Shown here: positions 10,537-23,167 of the stretch, one piece after another
How the letters are laid out: every line of letters begins with the position of its first letter
Position numbering within the stretch: position 1 is the first letter of the stretch
Source of the DNA: Octopus sinensis
Lineage: Eukaryota
Direction of reading: 5' to 3'
DNA: 38,647 nt
Assembly: GCF_006345805.1 (NCBI RefSeq)
Contig: NW_021835712.1
Location: forward strand, 1-38,647
Program-made: the position numbers and the translations under genes
Notes under the pieces: generated by a model
What the model saw: the letters and a program-made list of their open reading frames with translations, nothing else
What the model was told of the DNA's origin: nothing
Database searches by the model: none

Positions 10537-10885
10537 TACATATATATATGTATGTATATGTATATGTGTATGCATGTATGAGTGTGTGTGTATACACACG
10601 CACATATATACATATGTATATATGTATCTATTTATATACACATACGTTTATATATATATAAACATACATACATATACATATATATGTATGTATGTATATA
10701 TGTATATACATTATATATATACATATATATTTATATGTATATATATACTCAGACATATATATGTATGTATGTATATATATATATGTATATGCATTATATA
10801 TATACATATATATTTATATGTATATATATACTCAGACATATTTATATATATATATACATGCAGACAGAGAGACACTCACGTATGT

Positions 10886-10926
<41 letters not shown>

Positions 10927-10985
10927 CACACATCTATATTTCTCTCTCTCTGAATGTGTGTACACACACACACACAACACACACA
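10537..10985. repeat. (TA/TG/CA)-rich low-complexity tract containing an ~84-bp-period duplication
   Basis: CATTATATATACATATATATTTATATGTATATATATACTCAGACATAT occurs twice (~10710 and ~10792). Confidence 0.85.
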
Positions 10986-11250
10986 CAATGCCACATATCT
11001 CTCAAGATCTTTCTATCTTCCTTCACAACATCAACAACACCTACAGCTGCAATAACGTCGCCAAAGATCCCCTCCGTAGCCGTTAAGCATGCTAGAAACA
11101 ACAGCCAAATACCTCTCCTTAAAATCACCCCTTTCCATTTCCTTGAAGGTAAAAATGTGAAGCTTACACAGTACCTAATAACAGGCATAGGCATGGTTTC
11201 GATCGAGGGGTTTATAGACAAATTGTTTATAGACAAATTTATAACTACAA

Positions 11251-11651
11251 CTCTCTTTTACTCTTTTACTTGTTTCAGTCATTTGACTGCGGCCATGCTG
11301 GAGCACCGCCTTTAGTCGAGCAAATCGACCCCGGGACTTATTCTCTGTAAGCCCAGTACTTATTCTATCGGTCTCTTTTTTGCCGAACCGCTAAGTGACG
11401 GGGACGTAAACACACCAGCATCGGTTGTCAAGCAATGCTAGGGGGACAAACACAGACACACAAACACACACATATATACATACATACATATATACGACAG
11501 GCTTCTTTCAGTTTCCGTCTACCAAATCCACTCACAAGGCATTGGTCGGCCCGGGGCTATAGCAGAAGACACTTGCCCAAGATGCCACGCAGTGGGACTG
11601 AACCCGGAACCATGTGGTTGGTTAGCAAGCTACTTACCACACAGCCACTCC
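11251..11651 (-). mobile_element. SINE A
   Basis: Near-full match to 12443-12861. Confidence 0.9.
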
Positions 11652-11977
11652 AACTGTTGCTACTTCGTGTAGAAATCTAGGCAAACGGGGTCACAATCAC
11701 CGCCGTGAGCCGTCCAATAATTTGGACCTGGAGATCTCCATTTCCAGCGACTTCGAGGGCCGCCTCCCAGTGGTGTCGGGCGTCAAAGAAAAGCCCTCGA
11801 CTACAACAAGACGACCAAAGTTTTTTTTTCCAAGGTCTGGGGTCTCCCGCCCCTAAGCCCTAGACCATCACCTAATCACCCTTACCCATCTTGTTGCTTA
11901 ACAACAACAACAATCACCACCGTGATAACAAAGACAAACAATGGTTTAAATTCTTTGGAGCCATTTATTTTCTACTC

Positions 11978-12150
11978 GTAGGGTTCCGCTTGATCCGAAT
12001 CAACGGAACAGCCTGCTCGTGAAATTAACGTGTAAGTGGCTGAGCACTCCACAGACACGTGTACTCTTAACGTAGTTCTCGGGGATACTCAGCGTGACAC
12101 AGAGTGATAAGGCCGGCCCTTTGAAATACAGGTACAACAGAAACATCGGG
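11978..12150 (-). mobile_element. Retroposon tail type 2 fragment
   Basis: Reverse complement matches 31140-31290 (CAAAGGGCCGGCCTT..GAGAACTACGTTAAG..TTAATTTCACGAGCAGG). Confidence 0.8.
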
Positions 12151-12442
12151 CAGGTGTACCGCGTGTACATACAAATGTATGGCAAGTGACCGGTAGACTA
12201 GAAAAATAAGAAAAATACAAAATAAGACAAACTTAAATACAAAAATTATTCAAACAGGGTTTTACTGATATTTGACTTCCGATTATACAACTTTCTTGTA
12301 ACTAAGTTCGATGACAAAATACATTCGCCATGTTTATTATGACTGACACACACGCGGACGAAAAGTACCGAGAGAGAAAAAACAATGTTGGATATAGTGA
12401 AACACTCTCCCCTATGGATATACAATTATCTATACATCATCA

Positions 12443-12861
12443 TAGGCGTAGGGGTGCTGTGTGATAAGTAGCTTGCTTACGAACCACATGGTTCTGGGTT
12501 CAGTCCCACTGCGTGGCACCTTGGGCAAGTGTCTTCTACTATAGCCTCGGGTCAACCAAAGCCTTGTGAGTGGATTTGGTAGACGGAAACTGAAAGAAGC
12601 CCGTCGTATATATGTATATGTATTTATATATATGCATGTGTATGTATATGTTTGTGTGTCTGTGTTTGTCCCCCCAACATCGCTTGACAACTGATGCTGG
12701 TCTGTTTACGTCCCCGTAACTTAGCAGTTCGGCAAAAGAGACCGATAGAATAAGTACTAGGTTTACAAAGAATAAGTCCTGGGGTCGATTTGCTCGACTA
12801 AAGGGGGTGCTCCAGCATGGCCACAGTCAAAGGACTGAAACAAGTAAAAGAGTAAAGGAGT
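12443..12861 (+). mobile_element. SINE A, full length
   Basis: Head TAGGCGTAGGGGTGCTGTGTGATAAG, B-box GGTTCAGTCCC, internal microsatellite, tail CAAGTAAAAGAGTAAAGGAGTA. Confidence 0.9.
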
Positions 12862-13216
12862 ATATGTCTCAGGTTAATGTAAGGAAAACAAGTAGAGATA
12901 TTTGAATTGTCTTACAAAACCTTTGTCGGTTCGTCGTTCTAGAAGCAGCAGAAAACCAGTCCCACTGGTTGAAAGCCAGGTTGGCAGTAACATGAAATAA
13001 CCGAAGAAGAAGAATATTCAGGGATGACAGCGGGTTTTCTGAGATACAGATGGACACAAGAGGAACCCAACGCCTCTTTCTGAAAACAGAACAACCTCGA
13101 TCCCAGATACAAACCGGAAGTGACTCATTTCCGACAAGTTGTGGAACAATAATACCAGATAGTAAGACAGTAGATAACATCTTTCGAATTTCCTATTTTG
13201 TTTTTCACACATTCAA

Positions 13217-13653
13217 TTACTCTTTTACTCTTTTACTCTCTTTTACTTGTTTCAGTCATTTGACTGCGGCCATGCTGGAGCACCGCCTTTAATCGAGCAA
13301 ATCGACCCGGGACTTATTCTTTTGTAAGCCCAGTACTTATTCTATCGGTCTCTTTTGCCGAACCGCTAAGTAACGGGGACATAAACACACCAGCATCGGT
13401 TGTCAAGCAATGCTAGGGGGACAAACACAGACACACAAACATACACGCACACACACATATATATATATATATACATATATACGACGGGCTTCTTTCAGTT
13501 TCCGTCTACCAAATCCACTCACAAGGCTTTGGTCGGCCCGAGGCTATAGTAGAAGACAAAGACACTTGCCCAAGGTGCCACGTAGTGGGACTGAACCCGG
13601 AACCATGTGGCTGGTAAACAAGCTACTTACCACACAGCCACTCCTGCGCCTAT
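13217..13653 (-). mobile_element. SINE A, full length
   Basis: Reverse complement of the family A consensus. Confidence 0.9.
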
Positions 13654-14004
13654 GTAGGTTTGCAATAGATCTCTTTCAGAGAATTTCTTTAAGTGACCGA
13701 TAACGTTGAACTATGGAAGACCTTAGAGAAACAAGCCTCGTTGTTTCTTACAATAAATAGATCTTAAGAAGTGGTTGTTAACTATTTTTCACTTATGGAC
13801 CTCTTCGATTATCATTTTATTCTAGTGAAACTCCAAAGCCATTCGAGGTTTAAAAACTAATTTTATAGATACTCCTTAAAATATGCTAAATTATGGAAAA
13901 ACCTTAGAAAAAGAAACTTAGTTGCTTTATAAATTTATTTACGAACCTTTCAAATATTCCTGTGGAACCCTAATTTACAACTTTGCTTGCACAGACTCTC
14001 AAAA

Positions 14005-14042
<38 letters not shown>

Positions 14043-14162
14043 AGGGGTCACCATAAATTGACATTCCATTAGAGAAGAGCGGATATCACCAATTGATGTT
14101 TCACAAATCTTACATGGCTAAGGTCATCGTTGAAGATAAGAGAATATTTTAATGATACTCTC

Positions 14163-14575
14163 GAAGGCGGCGGGTTGGCAGAATTGTTAACACACCGGGA
14201 AAAATGCTTCGCGGCATTTTGTCCGTCTTTATGTTCATGACTTAGTGAATAAGTATATTAGGCATACGACCGTAAAGTCGTGGAACGTTGTATACCTGAG
14301 CAAGACTTAATTTCACGTTGCTCCAGTCCACTCAGCTGGCAAAAATGAGGTGTACCTGTATTTTCAAAGGGCGACCCTTGTCAAATCTTGTGCCGAGCTA
14401 AATCTCCCTGAGAACTACGTTAAGAATATGCAAACGCGTGTCTGTGGAGAACACGTTTTCCGGTTCGACAAAAAGGCCGTTGCAATAAGTACAAGTTTCC
14501 TAACTAATCCTTTGAAAGCGGTGCCCCAGCATGGCCACAATCCAATGATTGAAACAAGTAAAGACAAATAATAGG
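14163..14575 (+). mobile_element. Composite of fragments: SINE B head, SINE D core with tail 2, SINE A tail
   Basis: GGCGGCGGGTTGGCAGAATTGTTAAC; CCTGAGCAAGAC..GCTCCAGTCCACTCAGCTGGCAAAAATGAG; CCCCAGCATGGCCAC. Confidence 0.65.
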
Positions 14576-15049
14576 GTACAGACAGCAAATAATTTGACCC
14601 AATAATAACTCCATTCAGAAAAATAGATCCAAGGTTAAACAGCCTTAAATTTTTAAACACCTTTCTCTGCACAGCCACTAGTTTCCCACACGCATATATT
14701 CATAAATTCACCACAAGATCACTCAAGAGACTGTTCTTCGATGAAATTTTATAAATATTCATATCAATTGTTTACGTCATCAGAATTTAGAAGTATCAAC
14801 TATTTAAGGCTATAAATAATAGCCGTTTGGATAGCAAAAAGTCGAAGGCTACACCTGCGGTCATTTACACGCAAATGATCGACTAGGATATTTGTTGATA
14901 CGTTTTTATATGACCATATATGGTGTTATTAATACCCACCAAGTTATTTTGCTGTGTGACCCAAACAGAAACGTTCTTGTATTCGTGTCTTTGAGAAAGC
15001 TTCAAGCGCCAAACTCGTGGACAGGGGATTGTTGCCGAAAATCTTTATC

Positions 15050-15101
15050 TGCCTGTCTCTATCTATCTATCTATCTATCTGTCTATCTGTCTATCTGTCT
15101 A

Positions 15102-15134
<33 letters not shown>

Positions 15135-15191
15135 ATCTATCTGTCTATCTATCTATCTGTCTATCTATCTATCTGTCTATCTATCTATCTG

Positions 15192-15241
<50 letters not shown>

Positions 15242-15514
15242 ATCTGCCTGTCTGTCTGTCTGTCTGTCTATCTGTCTGTCTGTCTGTCTGTCTGTCTCAA
15301 TCTATCTATCTATCTATCTATCCTAATCTGTTTCCCCTTTTTACATTGACATTTCTGTGATACACGATCCCTATTGATCGGCCCCACTTCTTTTTCACGA
15401 TCCCTTTTGATCGGAATTCGACCCCCTTTCTTTTACTTCTCTTCTTCCCCAAAAGAAGAGCTCTGCTTTGTATTTTGTCCCTTCTGTGTTCAGCCCTGCG
15501 TGGCCAATAAAGAA

Positions 15515-15578
<64 letters not shown>

Positions 15579-15582
15579 GTCA
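15050..15582. repeat. (CTAT/CTGT)n microsatellite interrupted by a LINE-like 3' end (15323-15515)
   Basis: Read directly from the sequence. Confidence 0.9.
15323..15515 (+). mobile_element. LINE-like 3' UTR end (…GCCCTGCGTGGCCAATAAAGAAA) inside (CTAT)n
   Basis: The last ~75 nt closely match 32822-32895; the segment ends in AATAAAGAAA. Confidence 0.65.
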
Positions 15583-15903
15583 TGACCACCACCACCTCAG
15601 CCAGCCCCACCACCACCACTACTACCAACAAACAAGAACAATAACGAATACAATAACAACAACATCAGCACCACCACCACCAACAACAACAACGACAACA
15701 ATAGAAATAACAATGCCAAAATGTTATTAATTATTTCACTGTTTGTTATTAGTCTTAATGATTTGCCAGGTAATTAAGAGATCGCCCAACTACTTTGTTG
15801 TCGACCGCAACATAGTAATTAATACAACTTGCTACTAATTAACCTAAAAGCAAGTCTTCTGTCATCGCAATATAAAGTATGGCGCCGACACAAACGCACT
15901 CAG

Positions 15904-15905
<2 letters not shown>

Positions 15906-15946
<41 letters not shown>

Positions 15947-16399
15947 TATAGATATATGTCAAGCATATACAAATATATACACACTCACGTACACACATAC
16001 ATACATATATAATTGCGTACGTACATACATATATATATATATACATACACGTACATACGTATATACACACGTACGTACGTTCATGCATACATACATGCAT
16101 ACGCACACACACATATATATATATATATATACATATATACACACATACGTGCATATATACATATACACATATGTACAAACATATATACATACTTATATAC
16201 ATAGGTACGTACGTACATACATGCATACATATATGCACACACATATATATATATATATACATATATACATACGTACGCATGCATACATGTGTATATACAT
16301 GCATACATACACACGTATAGATATATATATATATATACACAAATATACATCCATGCACACACACACACACACACATATATAGATAGGCAGATAGATATA

Positions 16400-16435
<36 letters not shown>
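15906..16435. repeat. (CA)n/(TA)n/(CATA)n low-complexity tract
   Basis: Read directly from the sequence. Confidence 0.95.
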
Positions 16436-16437
<2 letters not shown>

Positions 16438-16533
16438 AATAATGAAGGGTGAAATTAATTAATTTGGAATAATTATCAATTACACCAAGTAGTCTTCGGC
16501 ATGTAAAAGCCTCATTCGAGGAAAATTTAAGTA

Positions 16534-16771
16534 ATACTAAGCAATAAAGGGTTAGCAACGAATTGCCTTACCACATACCGAATTTAGAAATAGCAGTCAA
16601 AGAGTTATAGCTATTTCTTCTACTAAAAAGGGAGATCTCAGTAAAAACAGCAATTGTTTTTACTGAGATCTCCCTTTTTAGTAGAAGAAATAGCTATAAC
16701 TCTTTGACTGCTATTTCTAAATTCGGTATGTGGTAAGGCAATTCGTTGCTAAACCCTTTATTGCTTAGTAT
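16534..16771. repeat. Near-perfect palindrome with 116/117-bp arms and a 5-nt spacer
   Basis: 16534-16649 is the reverse complement of 16655-16771 except for one extra A near 16751; spacer GCAAT. Confidence 0.95.
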
Positions 16772-16914
16772 ATATATATATATATATACTGGCATGCACA
16801 CATGTGTACACATGCATATTTAGGCATATATATATGGATAGGCGTGTGCATGTGCGTGCCTATATATATAATATACATACATATATATATATTATATATA
16901 TACGTACACACACC

Positions 16915-16944
<30 letters not shown>

Positions 16945-16945
<1 letters not shown>

Positions 16946-17240
16946 TTTTTAAGACGCCTTTCGACCATGGGATTGCACCTAGAAAGTTACCCTCCAAGGC
17001 ACAAGTCCGGGCCAGGTTGTTTGTGGAAGACTAGCAGTCACCCATGCATACCAGCCTCCCCTCTCCATGCCCCTGATGTTTTCCAAGGGACAGGGAAAGG
17101 GGCCGATACAGCTTGGCACCAGTGACATCACAACTCATTTCTACAGCTGAGTGAACTGGAGCAACATGAAATAATGTGTCTTGCTCAAGAGTACAACACG
17201 CAGCCCAGTCCGGGAATCGATCTCATAACCTCACGGATGT
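16945..17240 (-). mobile_element. SINE family D core with a distinct tail (type 4)
   Basis: Reverse complement contains CTTGAGCAAGACAC..GTTGCTCCAGTTCACTCAGCTGTAGAAATGAG, then a tail unlike those at 19830-19988 and 28650-28750. Confidence 0.7.
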
Positions 17241-18384
17241 ATGTACTGGACAACTACAAGTCAAACCAAAAACTGAATGGGATAAGTTTATGCATAACAG
17301 AACCTCACTGTGCTCCAGCATGGCCGCAGTCAAATGACTGAAGCAAGTAAGGGAGTAAAAGAATATTCCTTTTGTGTCAATGATGTGAAGGAATATGGGA
17401 GTCTCCTGACTGACTGTTTTATAGTTTGTTGGCTGTTCCTCAGAGAAGAAGTGCTTACTTTCTCCCCAATCTATAACGTAGATCAGTTGATATGTAAAGC
17501 AGTCATAAATTAAGCTAGCACAGTTCGTCCTTAATAAAATAATAATGATTTTATGCTCAGCAGAGCATGAATAGAAAGGAAATAAATTAAAATATTATAA
17601 AGACTCGTTGGGAGGGGGTGGGGCAGAGAATAGAGAAAACTGTTTAGAAACGTGCAAGTACATGTATACGAGAGAGAGAGAGAGAGGAGAGAGAGAGGGG
17701 GGAAGAGAGAGTGGTGAAACAGATAGAGAAAGGGACTCAAAGAGTATGAGAGAGAGAGAGGAGGGAGAAGCAGTTGGAGAAGCGGAATGAAAGAGCGCTA
17801 TAGAACGAATGTGAAACGAAAAGTGAGAAAGCAAGTCCTCAGTCCACTTGGCCGTTAGGAAGAACAACAAGATTTTATGAAGTGAAAACTTGATACAACT
17901 GTTCAAAATCTATAACACACACACACGCACGCACGCATTTCTATTGAGGAATGGCACCACGATTCCATTACCCGAATTCTTTTATTGGTTTGGTTTCTCT
18001 GATCGATTGATTGATCTGTTTGCTGAACGGATTTGTGTTACGGATCATAAATAGCACAAACAGCAGAGAAAACGAACGAACGATAATCTGTTGGGTTTTT
18101 TTTTCCCGAACGATTTGTCAGATAGAAATCAAATGAAAAGAAGGTTTAGCAAGATGGATTGGTGCAAGCGTTTCTTTCTGCGAAGACAATGTCGTAAAAG
18201 GAAAGTAATTTGTCAGAAACTGCAAGCAGCAGCGGCAGCAGCAGTAGCAGTAGTAGTAGTAGCAAATGTGTTAGATGCGTCCCAGAAGGAGAGGCTAGAG
18301 TTTACGGAAATCTCGTCCCAGGAGACAGGATGAAATAAGCAGAGAGCATGTATAAAAGGGAAGAAATTCCTTTGAGCATGTGTG

Positions 18385-18497
18385 AAGGAGAGAGAAGAGA
18401 GGGAGAGAGAGAGAGATGGAAAGGTAGGCAGAGAGAGAGAGAGGGAGAGAGAGAGAAAGGTAGGCAAAGAGAGAGAGAGGGGGAGAGAGAGAAAGGT

Positions 18498-18532
<35 letters not shown>

Positions 18533-18705
18533 TAGGCAGAGAGAGAGAGGAGAAAGGTAGGCAGAGAGGGAGAGAGAGAGAAAGGTAGGCAAAGAGAGAG
18601 AGAGAGAGGGAGAGAGAGAGAGAAAGGTAGGCAGAGAGAGAGAGAGAGAAGAGGGGGAGAGAGAGAGAAAGGTAGGCAGAGAGAGAGAGAGAGAGGGAGA
18701 GAGGG
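18385..18705. repeat. (GA)n tract with a recurring AAGGTAGGCA unit (minisatellite)
   Basis: About 8 copies of GAAAGGTAGGCA separated by variable (GA)n. Confidence 0.9.
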
Positions 18706-19034
18706 GCATTGACTTTAAAATGTAATACTTGTATGGAAAATAACTGAAGCGCAAATGATAAGGAGAAATCGTAAAATCTGTTTTTCGAGGGTTCTGCCCT
18801 GGAGACAGCTTTGGTTATTGTTTGATGCGAGCGGATCATTTACTGCGGGATTAGAAGAGGACCATTTACTGCGGACCTTCTATATGTAGCTGAAAAACAG
18901 AATTAACAATAAAACAATTGGAAGGTGTTTGTAATTGGGAAAGAGAAATACAGGTAAAACACCGATGTTGTGGACAATAAATGGTCCGGAACCTCTCAGA
19001 ATCCGGACTAATTAACATACTGATGATACACGGT

Positions 19035-19450
19035 TTTCTTTTCTTTTATTCTTTTTACTTGTTTCAGTCATTTGACTGCGGCCATGCTGGAGCACCGGCT
19101 TTTCGTCGAGCAAATCGACCCCAGCACTTATACTTTGTAAGCCAAGTACTTATTCTATCGGTCTCCCTTGCCGAACCGCTAAGTTACGGGGACGTAAACA
19201 CACCAGCATCGGTTGTGAAGCGATGTTGGGGGGACAAGCACAGACACACAAACATACACACGCACATATATGCATATACATATATACGACGGGCTTCTTT
19301 CAGTTTCCGTCTACCAAATCCACTCACAAGGCTTTGGTCAGCTTGAAGCTATAGTAGAAAACATTTGCCCAAGATGCCATGCAGTGGGACTGAACCTGGA
19401 ACCATGTGGTTGGTAAGCAAGCTACTTACCACACAGCGACTCCTATGCCT
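19035..19450 (-). mobile_element. SINE A, full length
   Basis: Matches the family A consensus. Confidence 0.9.
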
Positions 19451-19602
19451 GTACGGGTGTTTAATTTAATTCCCCTTATTTTTTGTCTTTTATTTATTTC
19501 GATCATTAGACTTCGGCCATACTGGAGCACCGCCTTGAAAGGTTTTAGTCGAATACCTCGACCCTAGTCCTTTTTTTTAAAGCCTGGTACTTATTCTATA
19601 TG

Positions 19603-19988
19603 CGGAGGCGCATGGCTTAGTGGTTAGGGCGTTGGATTCATGATCGTAAGATTGTGGTTTCGATTCCTGCGCCAGGCGACGCGTTGTATTCTTGAGCAAA
19701 ACGTTTCATTTCACGCTGTTCCAGTTCACTCAGCTGGCAAAAAAGAGTAACCCTTCGAGGGACTAGCATCCCATCCAGGTGGGGAATATATAAGCCATGG
19801 AAACCGGGAAGCTGACAAGGCTGAGTAGAACCTGTCACGTTCTGTGACTCGCTGAATCCCTCTGATGACTACGTTTAAGGGTATGTGTGTCTGAGGAGTA
19901 TTCAGCCGCGTGCACATTAATTTCACGACGAGGTTATTCTGTTGATCGGAACAATTGGTACACTCGTCGTCGTAACCGACGGAATGTC
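19603..19988 (+). mobile_element. tRNA-derived SINE family D, ending in tail type 2
   Basis: A-box TGGCTTAGTGGT, B-box GGTTTCGATTCC, core CTTGAGCAA..CCAGTTCACTCAGCTGG, end CTCGTCGTCGTAACCGACGGA. Confidence 0.8.
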
Positions 19989-20101
19989 TTTTTTTTTTTT
20001 TTAGAGTGGGATGTCTATTAGGGAACTGTTTTTGCTCCCTTACTATCTGAAATCGCTCACTTGGAACCCCTCCCTTCATTGATCAGCTGTCTACCGTAAA
20101 C

Positions 20102-20750
20102 CAGCTCCGTTGCATGACTTTTAGAGGCCCCCTGCAACTTTTTGTTTCAAGGCCCCATCCCTTCAATCAAAACTCATAATCTACGCACCTTCTATTCACA
20201 TCTATATTTTATTTTATTCTATCTGAAGTTCAATATTTCACATTATCCTAAAGAACATCTTTAAAACTACAACAAGTCAAATTTATTTAGGTCTATTACA
20301 AATTTCAATAAGTAAAACTTCCAGATATAAATAAAAGAGCATTTTTATAATCCAAGCAACTTCAAAGACAAACACGAGGCACTTTTCCCTTTGTGATATC
20401 ATTGATCAGTTCAGAATAATCAAAAACTGAGAGCAAAGTTTGTGTTCAATAGATGTCGTAGACAATCCACAAAGTCTGCTACACGTTCGTGGTACAATGT
20501 AATATTTTTACAAGAACTTTTGCAGGTACAATGTATTACCATTTTATTTCTTGAAATTTTCGATAAACATAGTTTAATTCTTGTTCAACATCTTAACCAA
20601 AATAGATATATGTATTTCTTTACTACCCACAAGGGGCTAAATCAAAATAAATATATGATTCATCTATGTACTTTGATCTTAATATGGGGCCCCTCAACCG
20701 CAGAGGCCTCTTGCGACTGCAGGGGTTGCAGGGGTTTAGCGACGTCCCTA
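20102..20750 (-). mobile_element. Non-autonomous hAT element with an 8-bp target-site duplication and a transposase C-terminal remnant
   Basis: CCGTAAAC at 20094-20101 and 20751-20758; degenerate termini CAGCTCCGTTGC / TAGGGACGTCGC. Minus strand 20362-20488 reads RLCGLSTTSIEHKLCSQ-(fs)-DYSELINDITKGKVPRVCL*, resembling the hAT dimerisation end (RLxxLAILSIE). Confidence 0.7.
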
Positions 20751-21464
20751 CCGTAAACCTGTATGGTGAGGATTTACAATTTTCAGAGTCAATCAAAGGC
20801 CCTGTTGATGTCCCAAAAACCTTATATAGGGCCTCAGGATCATACGCAAAGGGTCAAATAAAAACAATATTCAATGAGATATTAAAAAAAGGAAAAAGAA
20901 ACAAAAAACATTTAGGAGAAGAGGACGGGAAGTCTTGTGGGTTTGTGTCCTTTCGGTATCCGTCTACATTATTGCCCCTAACGATGTGCTCTCCATGTTC
21001 AGTATTTAATTAGAAGCAATCCAACAACTAATTACTAGGGAGATTGCTTCTCTGCAGCAGCTGAATAAACTACGAGATGGAGACGTTGAAAGCTTTTAGA
21101 ATCTCTCCATCTGCGGAGCGAAGAAAGGAGGAGGAGGAGGAGGAGAGCAATTCACCGTGGCTTTCATTTGCAACGACCTTGGAGACACGTGACTTCTCTA
21201 CTTGACGGCGATAGAGTAACAACAACAACAACAACAAAACTGATGATGATGATGATGATGATAATAATGATAATAAATAATAATAGTAATAATAATAATA
21301 ATAATGATTTGTGTAATTGGTGTGGAGAAGACACTCGGCAAGAAAGAGAAACGAAATTGAAGGAAAAAGGAAAAAACAAAACAACAAAAATGATGATGAT
21401 GATGATAGTGATGAGAACAACAATAAAAATAACAACTATAAGTTCAATGATAGCAGCAGAAACA

Positions 21465-21990
21465 CTATTGTCATTTTAAATCACTATTATTATTATTAAT
21501 ATTATTAATATTTTTAATATTATTATTATTATTAATATTATTAATATTATTATTATTATTATCGTTAATATTATTATTATTATTATGGTAATATTTAAGG
21601 ATTGATGTTACACCTCCCGAAGATAAAGAAACTATAAGAGTTATTACCATTATTACCATTATTATTATTATTATATTATTATTATTATTATTATTTTATT
21701 ATTTATTATTTATTATTATTTTATTATTATTTATTATTATTAATTATTATTATTATTATTATATTATTATTTATCATTATTATTATTATTATTATTTATT
21801 ATTATTATTATTTATTATTATTATCATTATTATTATTATTTATTATTTATTATTATTATTATTATTTATTATTTATTATTTATTATTATTATTATTTATT
21901 ATTTATTATTATTATTTATTATTATTATTATTAATTATTATTATTACCATTATTATTATTACTGTTGTTGCTGTTGTTGTTGTTGCTTCT
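21465..21990. repeat. Long imperfect (ATT)n microsatellite
   Basis: Read directly from the sequence. Confidence 0.95.
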
Positions 21991-22274
21991 CATTCTTGTT
22001 AATGTTATTACGATATTATTATGGAAAAACATTGCGCATCAATTATAATAATAATAAACCATTAATAACGATAATATAACATTAATAACCAATTAATAGT
22101 GCTTCTTCTTCCTTCTTTTCAGTTTGTTTTTGTTGTCCTTGTTCCTTTCCATCTCTTCGCTGACGTATTTGATCTTCGCTTTTAAGAATCTTCCACTACG
22201 TTTTCACCCACTTAACGACTATCATACACTCGAAGCGAATAACGCTTAAGAAGCTTTTAAATTTTTAAATAAAA

Positions 22275-22635
22275 CCCTCTCTCTCCATCTCTCTTTTCCC
22301 CTCTCCCTGCCTCTCTCCCATTCTTCCCTTCCGCCCCATCTCTCTCTCCCCCATCTCTCTCTCTCTTTTCTCTCTCTCTCTATCTCTTTTCCCTAACTTT
22401 CTTTCTCTTCCTCTCTACCTTTGACTTTGTCTGTCTGTCTGTCTGTCTGTCTCTGTCTCTCTCTATCTTTCTCTCTTTGTCTCTCTATTCCCCTTTCTTT
22501 CTCTCCCCTCTCTCTTTCCTTCTTTCTTTTCTTTCTTTCTTTTTCTCTCTCTTTCCTTCTCTCTCTCTTTCTTTCCTTCTTTCTTTCTCCCTTCTTTCTT
22601 TCTTTCTCCCTTTCTCTCTCTCCCCTCTTTCTTGC

Positions 22636-22684
<49 letters not shown>

Positions 22685-22690
22685 CTTAAT
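22275..22690. repeat. Polypyrimidine (CT/CTTT)n tract
   Basis: Read directly from the sequence. Confidence 0.95.
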
Positions 22691-22932
22691 GTTAACTAAT
22701 CACAGATATCTTTTCACCATCTTTCTACTTGCTTCAGTCATTGGCCTGCGGTCATGTTGGAGCAATGCGATCATGAGTACAACACCCTGGCCACTAGGCT
22801 ACGTGCCTTCACACACACACACACTCATTTTTGCCAGCTGAGTAGACTGGGGCAATGAGAAATAAAGAGTCTTGCTCAAGGGACACAACGCGCCACTGGG
22901 TATCGAACCCACGACCTTCACGATTATAATAA

Positions 22933-23144
22933 TCCTTTCTACAATAGACACACGGCCTAATATTTGGAGGAGGGATTAAGTCGATTACATCGACCCCAGT
23001 ACTAAACTGGTACTTAATTTATCGACCCCGAAAGGATGAAAGGCGAGATCGACCCCAGCGGAATTTGAACTCAGAACGAGAAGACAGATGAAATGCTGCT
23101 AAGCATTTTGCCCGGCATGCTAACGATTCTGCCAGCTCGCCGCC
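22933..23144 (-). mobile_element. SINE B with tail type 2
   Basis: Reverse complement of the family B head/body; tail AATCCTTTCTACAATAGACAC. Confidence 0.85.
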
Positions 23145-23167
23145 TTCTTCACAACTATAATAATACC

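Noticed and set aside
16470-16525. Hammerhead-like CGAAUGA-GGC..GCC-GAAGAC on the minus strand
   Set aside because: The core deviates at several positions and I could not form stems I and III.
20666-21013. ORF with a protein-like stretch (SESIKGPVDVPKTLY...)
   Set aside because: It begins inside the hAT terminus, has no convincing donor site, and I recognise no homology.
21076-21204. 42-codon ORF METLKAFRISPSAERRKEEEEEE...
   Set aside because: It is short, partly a (GAG)n repeat, and has no supporting signals.
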